DNA from: a virus
Virus record (IMG/VR): IMGVR_UViG_3300037511_000572
Length of the DNA stretch: 44,766 nt
Direction: 5' to 3' (one strand)
In this document: positions 1-8,063 of the stretch, one piece after another
Layout of the letters: each line of letters starts with the position of its first letter
Position numbering within the stretch: position 1 is the stretch's first letter
Program-made: the position numbers and the translations under genes
Notes under the pieces: generated by a model
Told to the model about the DNA's origin: nothing
Database searches by the model: none
The model's input: only the letters and a program-made list of their open reading frames with translations

Positions 1-100
1 CCCCCCCCACCACAAGATAATTTACAGGCCCAGAGACAGCTGCCGGCCGGAGCCAGGCACTGGCCTCCGCGCCCCAGGATCCGGGGCGTTGCCCGCGGGA
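1..100. repeat. Terminal direct repeat, copy 1 (circular-assembly overlap or terminal redundancy)
   Basis: Bases 1-100 (ccccccccaccacaagataattta...gcccgcggga) recur base-for-base at 44667-44766. Confidence 0.95.
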
Positions 101-306
101 CCGGCGAATATCGCTGCGGCCTGCCTGGTCATCTCCCCCAGCACGCCCCTCGGTAGCTGCGTCGAGCCGCTCCAGCACCACCTAGACACCGCCCTCGGGC
201 CGCGCCTCGCCGGGACGAACCTGACGTACACGCCGCCGAACTCCATCACCACGTTCTCCGGCAGAACCGCGCCCGGCCTTTGCACGCTCACCACGTAGTT
301 CCGCAC
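22..306 (-). CDS. Hypothetical protein (94 aa), last gene of the leftward small-gene operon
   Basis: GTG start with GGGGGAG 7 nt upstream. Strong third-position GC bias along the whole frame. Confidence 0.6.
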   Translation of the reverse strand: MRNYVVSVQRPGAVLPENVVMEFGGVYVRFVPARRGPRAVSRWCWSGSTQLPRGVLGEMTRQAAAIFAGPAGNAPDPGARRPVPGSGRQLSLGL

Positions 307-457
307 CTGTAGACTCCCCCGGCGGAGTCCACGTCAACAAGTAATCCCTAACATCTTGAACCTTCGAGCACAGCGGGCTCTCCCAGCTACGGGACCGCAG
401 GTACTTGAGCACAGGCTTCAGGGCCCTCGCTGCCGTTCGCGCCTCTTTTGGTAGCAT
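182..457 (-). CDS. Hypothetical protein (91 aa)
   Basis: ATG shares one base with the upstream stop (TGATG at 455-459). Third-position GC bias is good only upstream of 306. The last 125 nt overlap 22..306 out of frame. Confidence 0.5.
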   Translation of the reverse strand: MLPKEARTAARALKPVLKYLRSRSWESPLCSKVQDVRDYLLTWTPPGESTGAELRGERAKAGRGSAGERGDGVRRRVRQVRPGEARPEGGV

Positions 458-723
458 CAGTTCCACCTCCTGCGCGCGGCAAGCGCGTACTGCCACACCA
501 CCATGCAGTGCCTGCAGAGGCACGTCCCGACCTCCTCGAACCGCGGCTTTATCGGGGCGTTCAGCTCGGCCTCAGTCATCTCCCTGCCCCGCGGAGGCAG
601 GTCCACCATCACCCTCTTGCCGTGCCCGATGAAGGCCGGCTCGAGGCAGCCGGGGCACATGCCCTCGCGGGCCATGGCCTCCTCCCTCGGCGACCTGACT
701 GGTTGCTCAAGCAGACCCGGCAT
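457..723 (-). CDS. Hypothetical Cys-rich, zinc-ribbon-like protein
   Basis: CPGC ... CLCRHC motifs. ATG at 723 overlaps the stop of 723..1133 (TGATG). Confidence 0.6.
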   Translation of the reverse strand: MPGLLEQPVRSPREEAMAREGMCPGCLEPAFIGHGKRVMVDLPPRGREMTEAELNAPIKPRFEEVGTCLCRHCMVVWQYALAARRRWN

Positions 724-1133
724 CACTTGGCGGCCTCCTTCTCCCTCTTGCGGGCCTCGAGTATCGCGCGGGTCTTGGCCATCCCCTCGCGCAGCCTCTT
801 CAGTCCCTCCGGCGTCATCTTCCTCTTCTTCCTGGCCTTCCCCGCCCTCGCCACCGCGCCGGGCTTCTCGAAGTGGCGCCTCGGCGCTATGGTCACGAAC
901 TCCTTCGAGACCAGCTCGGCGCTCTTGCCGCTTTTGTGGAGCACAATCGTGGCCACGCGGTCGCGCGCCAGCGCGCCCTCTATCGCGGCCTTCATGACCC
1001 GTGTGATGTGCACCTTGAACCTAGGCCTGGCCATCAGCTCTAGGACCGCCGCTATCTTGTCCTCCTGTATCCCGGCCGCCCTCATTGCCTTCCTGGCGTC
1101 CGCCCTGGCCTGCCTTCCCGTGCTCATGCTCAT
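723..1133 (-). CDS. Hypothetical basic protein (136 aa)
   Basis: AAGGAGG lies 6 nt upstream of the ATG. High third-position GC. Lys/Arg-rich C-terminus. Confidence 0.7.
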   Translation of the reverse strand: MSMSTGRQARADARKAMRAAGIQEDKIAAVLELMARPRFKVHITRVMKAAIEGALARDRVATIVLHKSGKSAELVSKEFVTIAPRRHFEKPGAVARAGKARKKRKMTPEGLKRLREGMAKTRAILEARKREKEAAK

Positions 1134-1299
1134 GCGCGCCCTCCTTTATCGTGATACCGGCTTCCCTGCACCTCTCCCTCACCACGTCCTTCAGCAGCGC
1201 CGTCTCCCAGCCGTGCTCCCTCCGCCGGGCTATCCCGCACCATGCGAACTCGGCAACGACCCTGCGCAGCACCTTCAGCTCTTTGGCCTCGTCGGTCAT
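1021..1299 (-). CDS. Hypothetical protein (92 aa)
   Basis: ATG overlaps the stop of the upstream small gene (ATGA). The last 113 nt overlap 723..1133 out of frame with weak coding bias. Confidence 0.55.
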   Translation of the reverse strand: MTDEAKELKVLRRVVAEFAWCGIARRREHGWETALLKDVVRERCREAGITIKEGAHEHEHGKAGQGGRQEGNEGGRDTGGQDSGGPRADGQA

Positions 1300-1451
1300 C
1301 TGTCAAACCTCTCCATCATCTCGTCCGCCTCCTTCGCCATCCTGCACAGCGCCCACGCCAGCAGGACCGCGAACGCCATGGCGAACAGGCCCAAGGCCGC
1401 AAGCGCGATCCACACGGCCCTCAGCTTGAGTAGCGCCGCCAGGGCGGTCAC
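1296..1451 (-). CDS. Small membrane protein (51 aa; below the ORF-track cutoff)
   Basis: GTG start overlapping the upstream stop (GTGA), with GGAG 8 nt upstream. Hydrophobic core VWIALAALGLFAMAFAVLLAWAL. Confidence 0.5.
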   Translation of the reverse strand: MTALAALLKLRAVWIALAALGLFAMAFAVLLAWALCRMAKEADEMMERFDR

Positions 1452-1615
1452 GACGGCAGCTCCATGTTAAGTATGGCCCTCGTCTCGACCCAGCCCTCCC
1501 AGCCGTCCCCCTTGACCTTGGCCCTCGACCCGTCGTCCGACAGCCCCAGCAGCTCCGCCGTGTGTCCGGTCTGCAGCCCCAACAACACGCGCAGCGCAGA
1601 GGCGAACAGCCCCAT
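1448..1615 (-). CDS. Hypothetical small protein (55 aa)
   Basis: ATG at 1615 within ORF 1448..1891. High third-position GC only from this point on. Starts just after the frame-b stop at 1630. Confidence 0.5.
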   Translation of the reverse strand: MGLFASALRVLLGLQTGHTAELLGLSDDGSRAKVKGDGWEGWVETRAILNMELPS

Positions 1616-1629
1616 GTCTTCCTGCGCGA

Positions 1630-1891
1630 CTACGGGTAAAACTCTAGGGACACGTTCGCCCGTCTGGTCACAAGCACCAGCCTCCCTGCACCCCGCGGGA
1701 TGGTGACGTCCTGTGTGAACGCCGGCTCCTCGTCCTCCCGTATCAGGTGGGCGTTCCGCAGCAGGTCCTGCCTGAACTCCGCCCTCCCTAAGCATCTCGA
1801 GGACCCACTGCTCAATATGGGCGAAGTCCCCGACGATGAGCAGGTGGTCTTTCCCCCTGTATATTTTCCTTTTAGGACGATCCTCACCCAT
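1630..1891 (-). CDS. Hypothetical protein encoded in two frames (apparent +1 shift near 1786-1792, or an assembly indel)
   Basis: Coding bias follows the frame of ORF 1448..1891 from 1891 to about 1790. It then follows the frame of ORF 1630..1887 down to the TAG at 1630. Confidence 0.4.
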
Positions 1892-2120
1892 TGCCTCCCT
1901 CCACCATGCCCCTTATCCTGCGCTCGTCCTCGAGCTCTTCGACCTCCAGCTCGATTTGCCTCTGCTCCTCGTCTATCCGCTCGGCCATGTCGTTCATGGA
2001 CAGGGCCAGCGTGTCCAGCAGGGTCAGCCGCTCGCCAAGGCTGAGCCCGTGCATCTGGATGGACAGCTCGGCGAGGACCTCGTCCCGCGCCACGATGATC
2101 GGGTCAGGGCGCGCGTTCAT
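1884..2120 (-). CDS. Hypothetical coiled-coil protein (78 aa)
   Basis: ATG at 2120 (MNARPDPIIV...), where third-position GC bias begins. Acidic heptad-like C-terminus (EEQRQIELEVEELEDE). Confidence 0.6.
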   Translation of the reverse strand: MNARPDPIIVARDEVLAELSIQMHGLSLGERLTLLDTLALSMNDMAERIDEEQRQIELEVEELEDERRIRGMVEGGNG

Positions 2121-2304
2121 AGCACGGTGTACCAGTCGTGCATGCTGAGCAGGTTCCACCAGCGCCACCTCGGGCACTGTAGGTCACCTTTTCCCAAGGC
2201 TTCCCAGTCACCGCGTCGTACCCGCCGACCGACTTCCTCATCAGGCACCGTTCCCCGCACCTGCGGCAGAACGTGTCCGACACCACCCGGAACGTCTCAC
2301 TCAT
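2104..2304 (-). CDS. Hypothetical zinc-ribbon-like protein (66 aa)
   Basis: AGGAGGGA lies 6 nt upstream of the ATG. CRRC ... CSAC cysteine pairs. Confidence 0.6.
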   Translation of the reverse strand: MSETFRVVSDTFCRRCGERCLMRKSVGGYDAVTGKPWEKVTYSARGGAGGTCSACTTGTPCYERAP

Positions 2305-2549
2305 GTTGGCTCCCTCCTGTCCCTCTTCCTGACCGCGACCCACTTGTGGGTGTAGGCCATCTCGCTGACGACCCACTTCTGCTCCAGGACCTTGCCGCGC
2401 CACCTGAGCTCCATCGTGGGCTTGTACATCACCGCGATCGGGCGGTCGACCATGAGCCCGTTCTTCTTGAGCCAGTCCTGGTAGATCGCCAGAGGCCTCA
2501 CGGGCTTTTGCGCCCACATGGACTTGCCCTTACCGAACGGGAGAGCCAT
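2301..2549 (-). CDS. Hypothetical protein (82 aa)
   Basis: In-frame ATG at 2549 within ORF 2301..2600. Its stop overlaps the next ATG (ATGA). Confidence 0.5.
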   Translation of the reverse strand: MALPFGKGKSMWAQKPVRPLAIYQDWLKKNGLMVDRPIAVMYKPTMELRWRGKVLEQKWVVSEMAYTHKWVAVRKRDRREPT

Positions 2550-2670
2550 GGCACGCCCCGCACCTGTCCTGGCAAGGCCCCTGCCAGTTGTCCACCACAT
2601 TCGACCAGAACCCCGCGCAGCCGGACAGGCCGAGCAGGATCAGGACAGCCAACGCGATACGCTTGGTCAT
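2530..2670 (-). CDS. Small lipoprotein (46 aa)
   Basis: AAGGAGA RBS. Signal peptide with lipobox LLGLSGC, followed by a Cys-rich tail. Confidence 0.6.
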   Translation of the reverse strand: MTKRIALAVLILLGLSGCAGFWSNVVDNWQGPCQDRCGACHGSPVR

Positions 2671-2672
2671 GG

Positions 2673-2849
2673 TTATTTCTCCTTCTGCTCTTCCTTCCTG
2701 TTGGCCCTGGCGGTCGCGAGCAGCTCCCTCGACACCCGCTTGACCGCCGCCTCCAGGTCTTTCTGCGTCAGGCCGGTCAGGTCCAGCTCCTCGGACGTCG
2801 CTACGCCCGCGACCGACTCGCCCCTGAGCACGTTCAGCGTCACTCTCAT
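2673..2849 (-). CDS. Hypothetical protein (58 aa), first gene of the leftward small-gene operon
   Basis: AGGAGG lies 5 nt upstream of the ATG at 2849. High third-position GC. Confidence 0.6.
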   Translation of the reverse strand: MRVTLNVLRGESVAGVATSEELDLTGLTQKDLEAAVKRVSRELLATARANRKEEQKEK

Positions 2850-3041
2850 TTGAGCCTCCTGCTTGGATGTGTCTTGGATTCCACACATACTAACATACAT
2901 TGCAAGATAATGGTTCAAGAAAACGCCCCAAGCCGTGTACACTTGGACTTGGTCCACGCTATAATTGAGATAGCCGCAGCACCGCGGCCTCCGACTGCAC
3001 CCGGATTCAAAGCGCAAATCAATGCTTGGACCGGAGGCACG
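2850..3041. promoter_or_regulatory. Divergent control region between the leftward small-gene operon and the rightward structural operon
   Basis: Locally AT-richer with no frame showing coding bias. Exact TATAAT at 2960-2965. Four CTTGG(A/T) repeats at 2862, 2873, 2942 and 2948. Confidence 0.4.
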
Positions 3042-3521
3042 TTGGCCCAGAAGAAGGTCGTCGGCCGCCCCTTCCCTAAGGGGCACAAGTTCGCAAAGGG
3101 CGGGGCGCGAGAAGGCGCTGGCCGCCCTTCCGAGCTCCACAGGGCCGAGTGCCGCGCCCTCGTCGAGAAGCACGGCCTGCGCAACCTCTTCGTGGACGTG
3201 GCGACCGGCAAGAAGGTCGACTTCTACTTCACCCTGGGCGGCAAGATGCGCAGGGTCCCCGCCTCGGTCGCCAACAAGCTGAAGGCCGCGGCGTTCCTCG
3301 TCGAGCAGGGCCACGGCACGAAGGTCGAGCACGAGCACACCTTCTCCCCCGAGACCGTCAAGCTCTTCGAGCAGCGCCTCATAACCATCTTCCAGCGCCA
3401 CCTCCCCAAGATGTGTCCCCACTGCAAGACGGACCTGGCCATGCCGCCCGAGCTGGCCGCGGAGATACTGACCCTCTCCCGCATCTTCGAGCGGCCCGAG
3501 GAGTTCGCCGGTGCCCACTAA
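3042..3521 (+). CDS. Terminase small subunit (candidate)
   Basis: Sits directly upstream of, and overlaps, the large terminase. Basic N-terminus KKVVGRPFPKGHKFAKGGAREGAGRP is typical of small terminases. TTG start with GGAGG 4 nt upstream, where coding bias begins. An in-frame ATG at 2910 is an alternative start. Confidence 0.55.
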   Translation: MAQKKVVGRPFPKGHKFAKGGAREGAGRPSELHRAECRALVEKHGLRNLFVDVATGKKVDFYFTLGGKMRRVPASVANKLKAAAFLVEQGHGTKVEHEHTFSPETVKLFEQRLITIFQRHLPKMCPHCKTDLAMPPELAAEILTLSRIFERPEEFAGAH

Positions 3522-5052
3522 GGCCCACCCCCCGATCGACCTCGCCATGGGCGAGGCCGTCCGCACGGCGGTCTCCGGCATCTCGGCCCCGCGGATGGAG
3601 TTCGACGAGTACGTCAGGCTGGGCTGGCCCGTGATCGAGCCGGCCACCCCGCTCGAGTGGAACTGGCACATACCCCTCCTGATCGAGCACGCGCAGGCCG
3701 TCTACATGGGGCAGTGCACCCGGCTGGTCGTCAACATGCCGCCCCGGAACATCAAGTCGATCTTCTTCTCCGTGCTCTGGCCCACCTGGCTCTGGACCCG
3801 CAGGCCCTGGGCCCGCATGATCTTCTCCAGCTACGCGCAGGGGCTGGCCACGGACTTCTCCGTCAAGCGCCGCCGCATCATCGGCGACGACTTCTACCAC
3901 TCCAGGTGGGGCGGCGTGGTCCAGCTCCACGAGGACAACGACCTGAAGACCGAGTTCTCCAACACCCAGACCGGCGTCATGACCACCACCTCGACGGGCG
4001 GCACGGTCACCGGCAAGGGCGCGGACGGCCTCATCATCGACGACCCACAGAACCCGAAGATGGCCGAGAGCGAGGCCGAGCGCAAGGCCGCCAACGCCCA
4101 CTACTCCAACACCCTCATCTCGCGGCTCAACGACAAGAAGAAGGGCTTCGTCATCCTGGTCCAGCAGCGCCTGCACAAGGACGACACGACCGGCCTGGTC
4201 CTCAAGGAGGGCGGCTGGACGCACGTCGACATCCCGGCCATGTTCGAGAAGCGCCGGACCTACAGTATGCCCATCAGCAAGCGCAGGGTGGACCGCGACG
4301 CGGGCTCATACCTCCAGGAGTCCCGCGAGGGCAAGGCCGAGTTCGACAAGATGCGCAGGGCCATGGGGAGCCGGGCCCACGACGCGCAGTACCAGCAGAG
4401 GCCGTCCAGCGAGGCCGGCAACATCATCAAGCGGCACTGGTGGCGCTTCTACAAGGAGCTGCCCGGCGGCTTCGACGCGCAGATCCAGTCCTGGGACGCC
4501 ACGTTCAAGAAGACCGAGACCGGCTCGTACGTGGTAGGGCAGGTCTGGGGCCTGCGCGGCTCGCAGAAGTACCTCCTGGCCCAGACGCGCGACCGCATGG
4601 ACTACCCGCAGACGAAGCGCGCGATCCAGGCGCTGACGGCGCAGTGGCCCAGGGCCCTCGCCAAGATCGTCGAGGACAAGGCGAACGGGCCGGCGCTGAT
4701 CGCCGACCTCTCCAGCACCATCTCCGGCATCATCCCCGCCGAGCCGGACGGCGACAAGGTCGTGAGGGCCAGCGCGGTCGCCCCGACCATCGAGGCCGGC
4801 GACGTCTGGCTGCCGGACCCGTCCATCTGCGCCCCGGACGAGAGCGGCCGCCCGTGGATAGAGGCCTTCCTGGAGGAGTGCTCGGCGTTCCCCGAGTCCT
4901 CCCACGACGACCAGGTCGACGCCATGAGCCAGGCCCTGACCAGGCTGAACCAGCTGGCCATCGGCATGGAGGGCGATAGGCGGGACCCCCCGGCCGGCGT
5001 GCCAGACCACGAGGAAGCGCCCGACTCCGAGGAGGTGTTCGAGGATGATTAA
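3511..5052 (+). CDS. terL: Terminase large subunit
   Basis: 513 aa. ATPase-like N-terminus (LVVNMPPRNIKS, Walker-B-like GLIIDDP) and nuclease-like C-terminus (HDDQVDAMSQAL). Position between small terminase and portal. Confidence 0.9.
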   Translation: MPTKAHPPIDLAMGEAVRTAVSGISAPRMEFDEYVRLGWPVIEPATPLEWNWHIPLLIEHAQAVYMGQCTRLVVNMPPRNIKSIFFSVLWPTWLWTRRPWARMIFSSYAQGLATDFSVKRRRIIGDDFYHSRWGGVVQLHEDNDLKTEFSNTQTGVMTTTSTGGTVTGKGADGLIIDDPQNPKMAESEAERKAANAHYSNTLISRLNDKKKGFVILVQQRLHKDDTTGLVLKEGGWTHVDIPAMFEKRRTYSMPISKRRVDRDAGSYLQESREGKAEFDKMRRAMGSRAHDAQYQQRPSSEAGNIIKRHWWRFYKELPGGFDAQIQSWDATFKKTETGSYVVGQVWGLRGSQKYLLAQTRDRMDYPQTKRAIQALTAQWPRALAKIVEDKANGPALIADLSSTISGIIPAEPDGDKVVRASAVAPTIEAGDVWLPDPSICAPDESGRPWIEAFLEECSAFPESSHDDQVDAMSQALTRLNQLAIGMEGDRRDPPAGVPDHEEAPDSEEVFEDD

Positions 5053-6775
5053 CCCTATATCCAACTGGCTCCAGCGCAAGGAGGCCGAGCACAAGGTGGA
5101 GCTCGCCGAGATAGAGGCGCGCGGCAGGGCCGTCAGGGCAATCTCGGAGGCCACCAACATGGTGACCGAGCGGCCAGACACGGGCGGGTGGAACCGCAGC
5201 GGCTCCCTCGACCAGGCGCACCTGCCCTTCGAGCGCCAGTCCATGATCCGGCAGGCCAGGCAGATGTGGCGCTTCGACCCCAACGCCCGCGCGGCCCTGG
5301 GGAACCTGCTCTACTACATCATCGGCGAGGGCGTAAAGATCACGCCCCAGTCCGACGACCCCAGGCTGCACCGCCTGTTCCGCGAGTTCTGGAACGCGCC
5401 CCGCAACAGGATGCAGCTGAAGCAGGGCGAGTTCGTCCTCCGGACCATGCGGGACGGCGAGTCCATCCTCCAGTTCTTCAACAGGGACGAGGAGGGCAAG
5501 CCGACCTGGAAGACGACCGTGCGGTTCCGCGACCCGGACCTGCTGGTCGACCCCGGCCTGGAGTACGGCGGGACCGGGAGGACCGCGAGCGACGGCATCC
5601 TGCTCGACCCGAATGACCACGAGAGGGCTCTCAAGTACTTCTTCCGCAGGCGGTATGACCAGCTCTCCGGCGTGCCCGACGTGGTGGACGCCTCGCAGGT
5701 CCTGCACGCGAAGATCATGTGCGACTCCGAGCAGAAGCGCGGCGAGTCCTACGTCCAGCCGGCCATGGAGATGTTCGGGCAGTACAAGGAGTGGCTCCGG
5801 TACCGCATCGTGCTCAACAAGGTCCGCACGGCGATGGTCATGGTGCGCAAGGTGACCGGCTCGGCCGCCGACGTCGAGGCGATCAAGGGCACCCTGCAGG
5901 AGAGCAGGACCCAGCGGACGGGCGAGGTCAAGAAGCGCATTCCGCCCCCGGGCACGATCATGAATGCGAACGGCGGGGTGGACTACGAGTTCAAGTCCGC
6001 CAACATCGCGGCGTCGGACGCGGCCGAGGACGGCCGGTCCATGAAGCTGGGCATGGCCGCCGGCACGAACTCCCCGGAGTACGTCTTCGGCGACGCGAGC
6101 AACGCCAACTACGCGAGCACCCTGATCGCTGAGAGCCCGTTCGTCAAGGGCATCAGGTACTGGCAGACGTTCTTCGAGTTCCAGTTCAAGGAGATTTACA
6201 GGCGCGTGGTGCAGGCGGCCGTGGACGCGGGCAAGCTGAAGCCGCCGGCGGAGGACGACATCTTCGCGGAGCAGGGCAAGAGGGACGTCTCCGAGGCGGA
6301 GGCCGTTCCGCCCAAGCCAGGCGAGCCGCAGCCCTCCAACGGCAAGGAGCCCTCCGGGGCCGACGAGGGCGAGCAGGAGGCGCCGGTCCACGAGCTCTCG
6401 GAGTTCGAGAAGTTCTGGGGCTGCGACGTGCAGTGGCCCGAGGTCGTGCACCGCGACCTGAAGGACACGGCGGCCGCGATCATCCAGATGGTGCAGGCCG
6501 GCCTCATCTCCGAGAGCACCGCCTCCTCGGTCCTCGGCTACGACTACGAGGAGGAGGTCCGGAAGCAGCAGCTCATCGAGGAGGACGCCGCGGCCAACCC
6601 CTTCAAGAACAAGGGCGGCGGCTTCGGGGACGAGGGCGACATGGACGCCGAGATGCAGGACCTCGTGAAGGGCCTCACCCCCGAGGAGGCCCAGAAGGTG
6701 ATGCAGTCGACCGACCCGCAGCAGGTCGTGGCGCTTATCAAGCAGAAGAAGGCCGCGAAGGCCAAGGGGGAGTGA
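5045..6775 (+). CDS. Portal protein
   Basis: 576 aa immediately after terL. QARQMWRFDPNARAALGNLLYYIIGEGV resembles lambda-family portal N-terminal motifs. Acidic C-terminus. Confidence 0.85.
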   Translation: MINPISNWLQRKEAEHKVELAEIEARGRAVRAISEATNMVTERPDTGGWNRSGSLDQAHLPFERQSMIRQARQMWRFDPNARAALGNLLYYIIGEGVKITPQSDDPRLHRLFREFWNAPRNRMQLKQGEFVLRTMRDGESILQFFNRDEEGKPTWKTTVRFRDPDLLVDPGLEYGGTGRTASDGILLDPNDHERALKYFFRRRYDQLSGVPDVVDASQVLHAKIMCDSEQKRGESYVQPAMEMFGQYKEWLRYRIVLNKVRTAMVMVRKVTGSAADVEAIKGTLQESRTQRTGEVKKRIPPPGTIMNANGGVDYEFKSANIAASDAAEDGRSMKLGMAAGTNSPEYVFGDASNANYASTLIAESPFVKGIRYWQTFFEFQFKEIYRRVVQAAVDAGKLKPPAEDDIFAEQGKRDVSEAEAVPPKPGEPQPSNGKEPSGADEGEQEAPVHELSEFEKFWGCDVQWPEVVHRDLKDTAAAIIQMVQAGLISESTASSVLGYDYEEEVRKQQLIEEDAAANPFKNKGGGFGDEGDMDAEMQDLVKGLTPEEAQKVMQSTDPQQVVALIKQKKAAKAKGE

Positions 6776-6776
6776 C

Positions 6777-6944
6777 ATGGACATGGTGAAGAGCGGCGAG
6801 ATTTCCTCGGACCAGGCGTCGCAGGTCCAGAACCGCGTGTACCAGATCCAGAGCGAGGTGTCCAGGATCATCTCCGGCCTCGCCCTGAACCAGGCGGAGG
6901 AGCTCCTCCAGTACTGCAGGGACTTCGCCTCCGGGGGCCAGTGA
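6777..6944 (+). CDS. Small hypothetical protein (55 aa; below the ORF-track cutoff)
   Basis: ATG lies 1 nt after the portal stop. Its stop overlaps the next GTG start (GTGA). High third-position GC. Confidence 0.45.
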   Translation: MDMVKSGEISSDQASQVQNRVYQIQSEVSRIISGLALNQAEELLQYCRDFASGGQ

Positions 6945-8062
6945 CCGTGGCCCGGGACTTCGCTATCCCGGGCGTCCGGCAGGTCTACTCGAGGTTCCCG
7001 GCCGTCTACCGCACGAGGTACTGGGACGAGGCCGTGTCCCTCTGCAGGAAGGGCGACCTGGACGGCGCGATGGCGGTGGCCAAGGGCGCCTCGCAGCGGT
7101 CGAGGCAGCTGAACGCCCAGAACATCCTGGCCCGCAAGGTGCGCGTCAACCGCATGGCCCTGTTCGCCCAGCACGCGCAGATGCAGGAGAGGGCGAAGGC
7201 GATCCTCCGGGCTGTCGCCGACGCCGCGGAGCTCGAGACGCGCAGGTGGGACGGGACGGCCAAGAGGCTGCCCGAGCTGAGGAAGGCCCTGGCCTCGGCC
7301 ACGGCGGTCATGCGCAGGTCCCTCAACAAGTGGGCCAGCGACGGCGTGTGGGACGCTATCAACCTCGGCGTGCGGAACACCGAGGACGCCATGGTGGACG
7401 TCTTCAAGGCCAACGAGGAGGCCTACCACCCGGACCTCGGCGCGGAGAGGCAGCTGATGGAGGAGAGGCTGGCGGTCGGCCTGAGCGGCAAGCTGACCGG
7501 GCGGGGCAGGCCGGAGCTGAGCAGCGCGGCCTACGACCAGCTGACCGACAAGGTCTACGAGAGGCTCGTGAAGAAGGGCCTGCAGGGGCTGAGGCCTTCG
7601 GACTCGGTGTGGGACCTGACGAAGCGCACTGAGCTGGAGATGAACCGAATCCTCCAGCGCGGCATAGCGGTGGGGACGTCCTCGAGGGACCTGGCCGGCG
7701 AGCTGCAGGACTACCTCAACCCGGACATCGGGAAGGCCGGCGCGGACCTCGGGCCGGGCGTCTACGGCAAGCCGCTGAAGAACGCCATGAGGCTGGCCAG
7801 GACGGAGACCAACAGGGCCTACGCGGCGGCGACCGCGGAGTGGGCCAAGACCCGCGGGTGGGTCAAGGGCATCATGGTGACGCTCTCCAGCGCGCACGAT
7901 CCGACCGGCGAGGAGGACGAGTGCGACAAGTGGGCCGGCAGGGTGCTGAGCCCGGACGACTTTCAGGACAAGGTCCCGTTCCACCCGCACTGCATGTGCT
8001 ACGGGACGATGGTCATAAAGGACGAGTATCTCGAGCCGGCAGGCGCGGCTCAGGAGGACTAG
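6941..8062 (+). CDS. Head morphogenesis protein (Mu F / SPP1 gp7 family)
   Basis: LARTETNRAYAAA motif and C-terminal HPHCMCY. Located after the portal. Confidence 0.8.
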   Translation: MTVARDFAIPGVRQVYSRFPAVYRTRYWDEAVSLCRKGDLDGAMAVAKGASQRSRQLNAQNILARKVRVNRMALFAQHAQMQERAKAILRAVADAAELETRRWDGTAKRLPELRKALASATAVMRRSLNKWASDGVWDAINLGVRNTEDAMVDVFKANEEAYHPDLGAERQLMEERLAVGLSGKLTGRGRPELSSAAYDQLTDKVYERLVKKGLQGLRPSDSVWDLTKRTELEMNRILQRGIAVGTSSRDLAGELQDYLNPDIGKAGADLGPGVYGKPLKNAMRLARTETNRAYAAATAEWAKTRGWVKGIMVTLSSAHDPTGEEDECDKWAGRVLSPDDFQDKVPFHPHCMCYGTMVIKDEYLEPAGAAQED

Positions 8063-8063
8063 G

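Noticed and set aside
448-2909. Long + strand ORFs 448..1470, 503..997, 1700..2044 and the 5' two-thirds of 1836..3521
   Set aside because: They are antisense to the tightly coupled leftward small-gene operon, which has proper RBSs and coupling overlaps. They show poor third-position GC bias and Pro/Ser/Arg-rich translations.
2910-3041. The ATG at 2910 as the small-terminase start (the longest ATG-initiated version)
   Set aside because: There is no RBS, and third-position GC is low for the first 44 codons or so. The stretch also contains the TATAAT/CTTGGA control elements. I kept it as an alternative, but the TTG at 3042 fits better.
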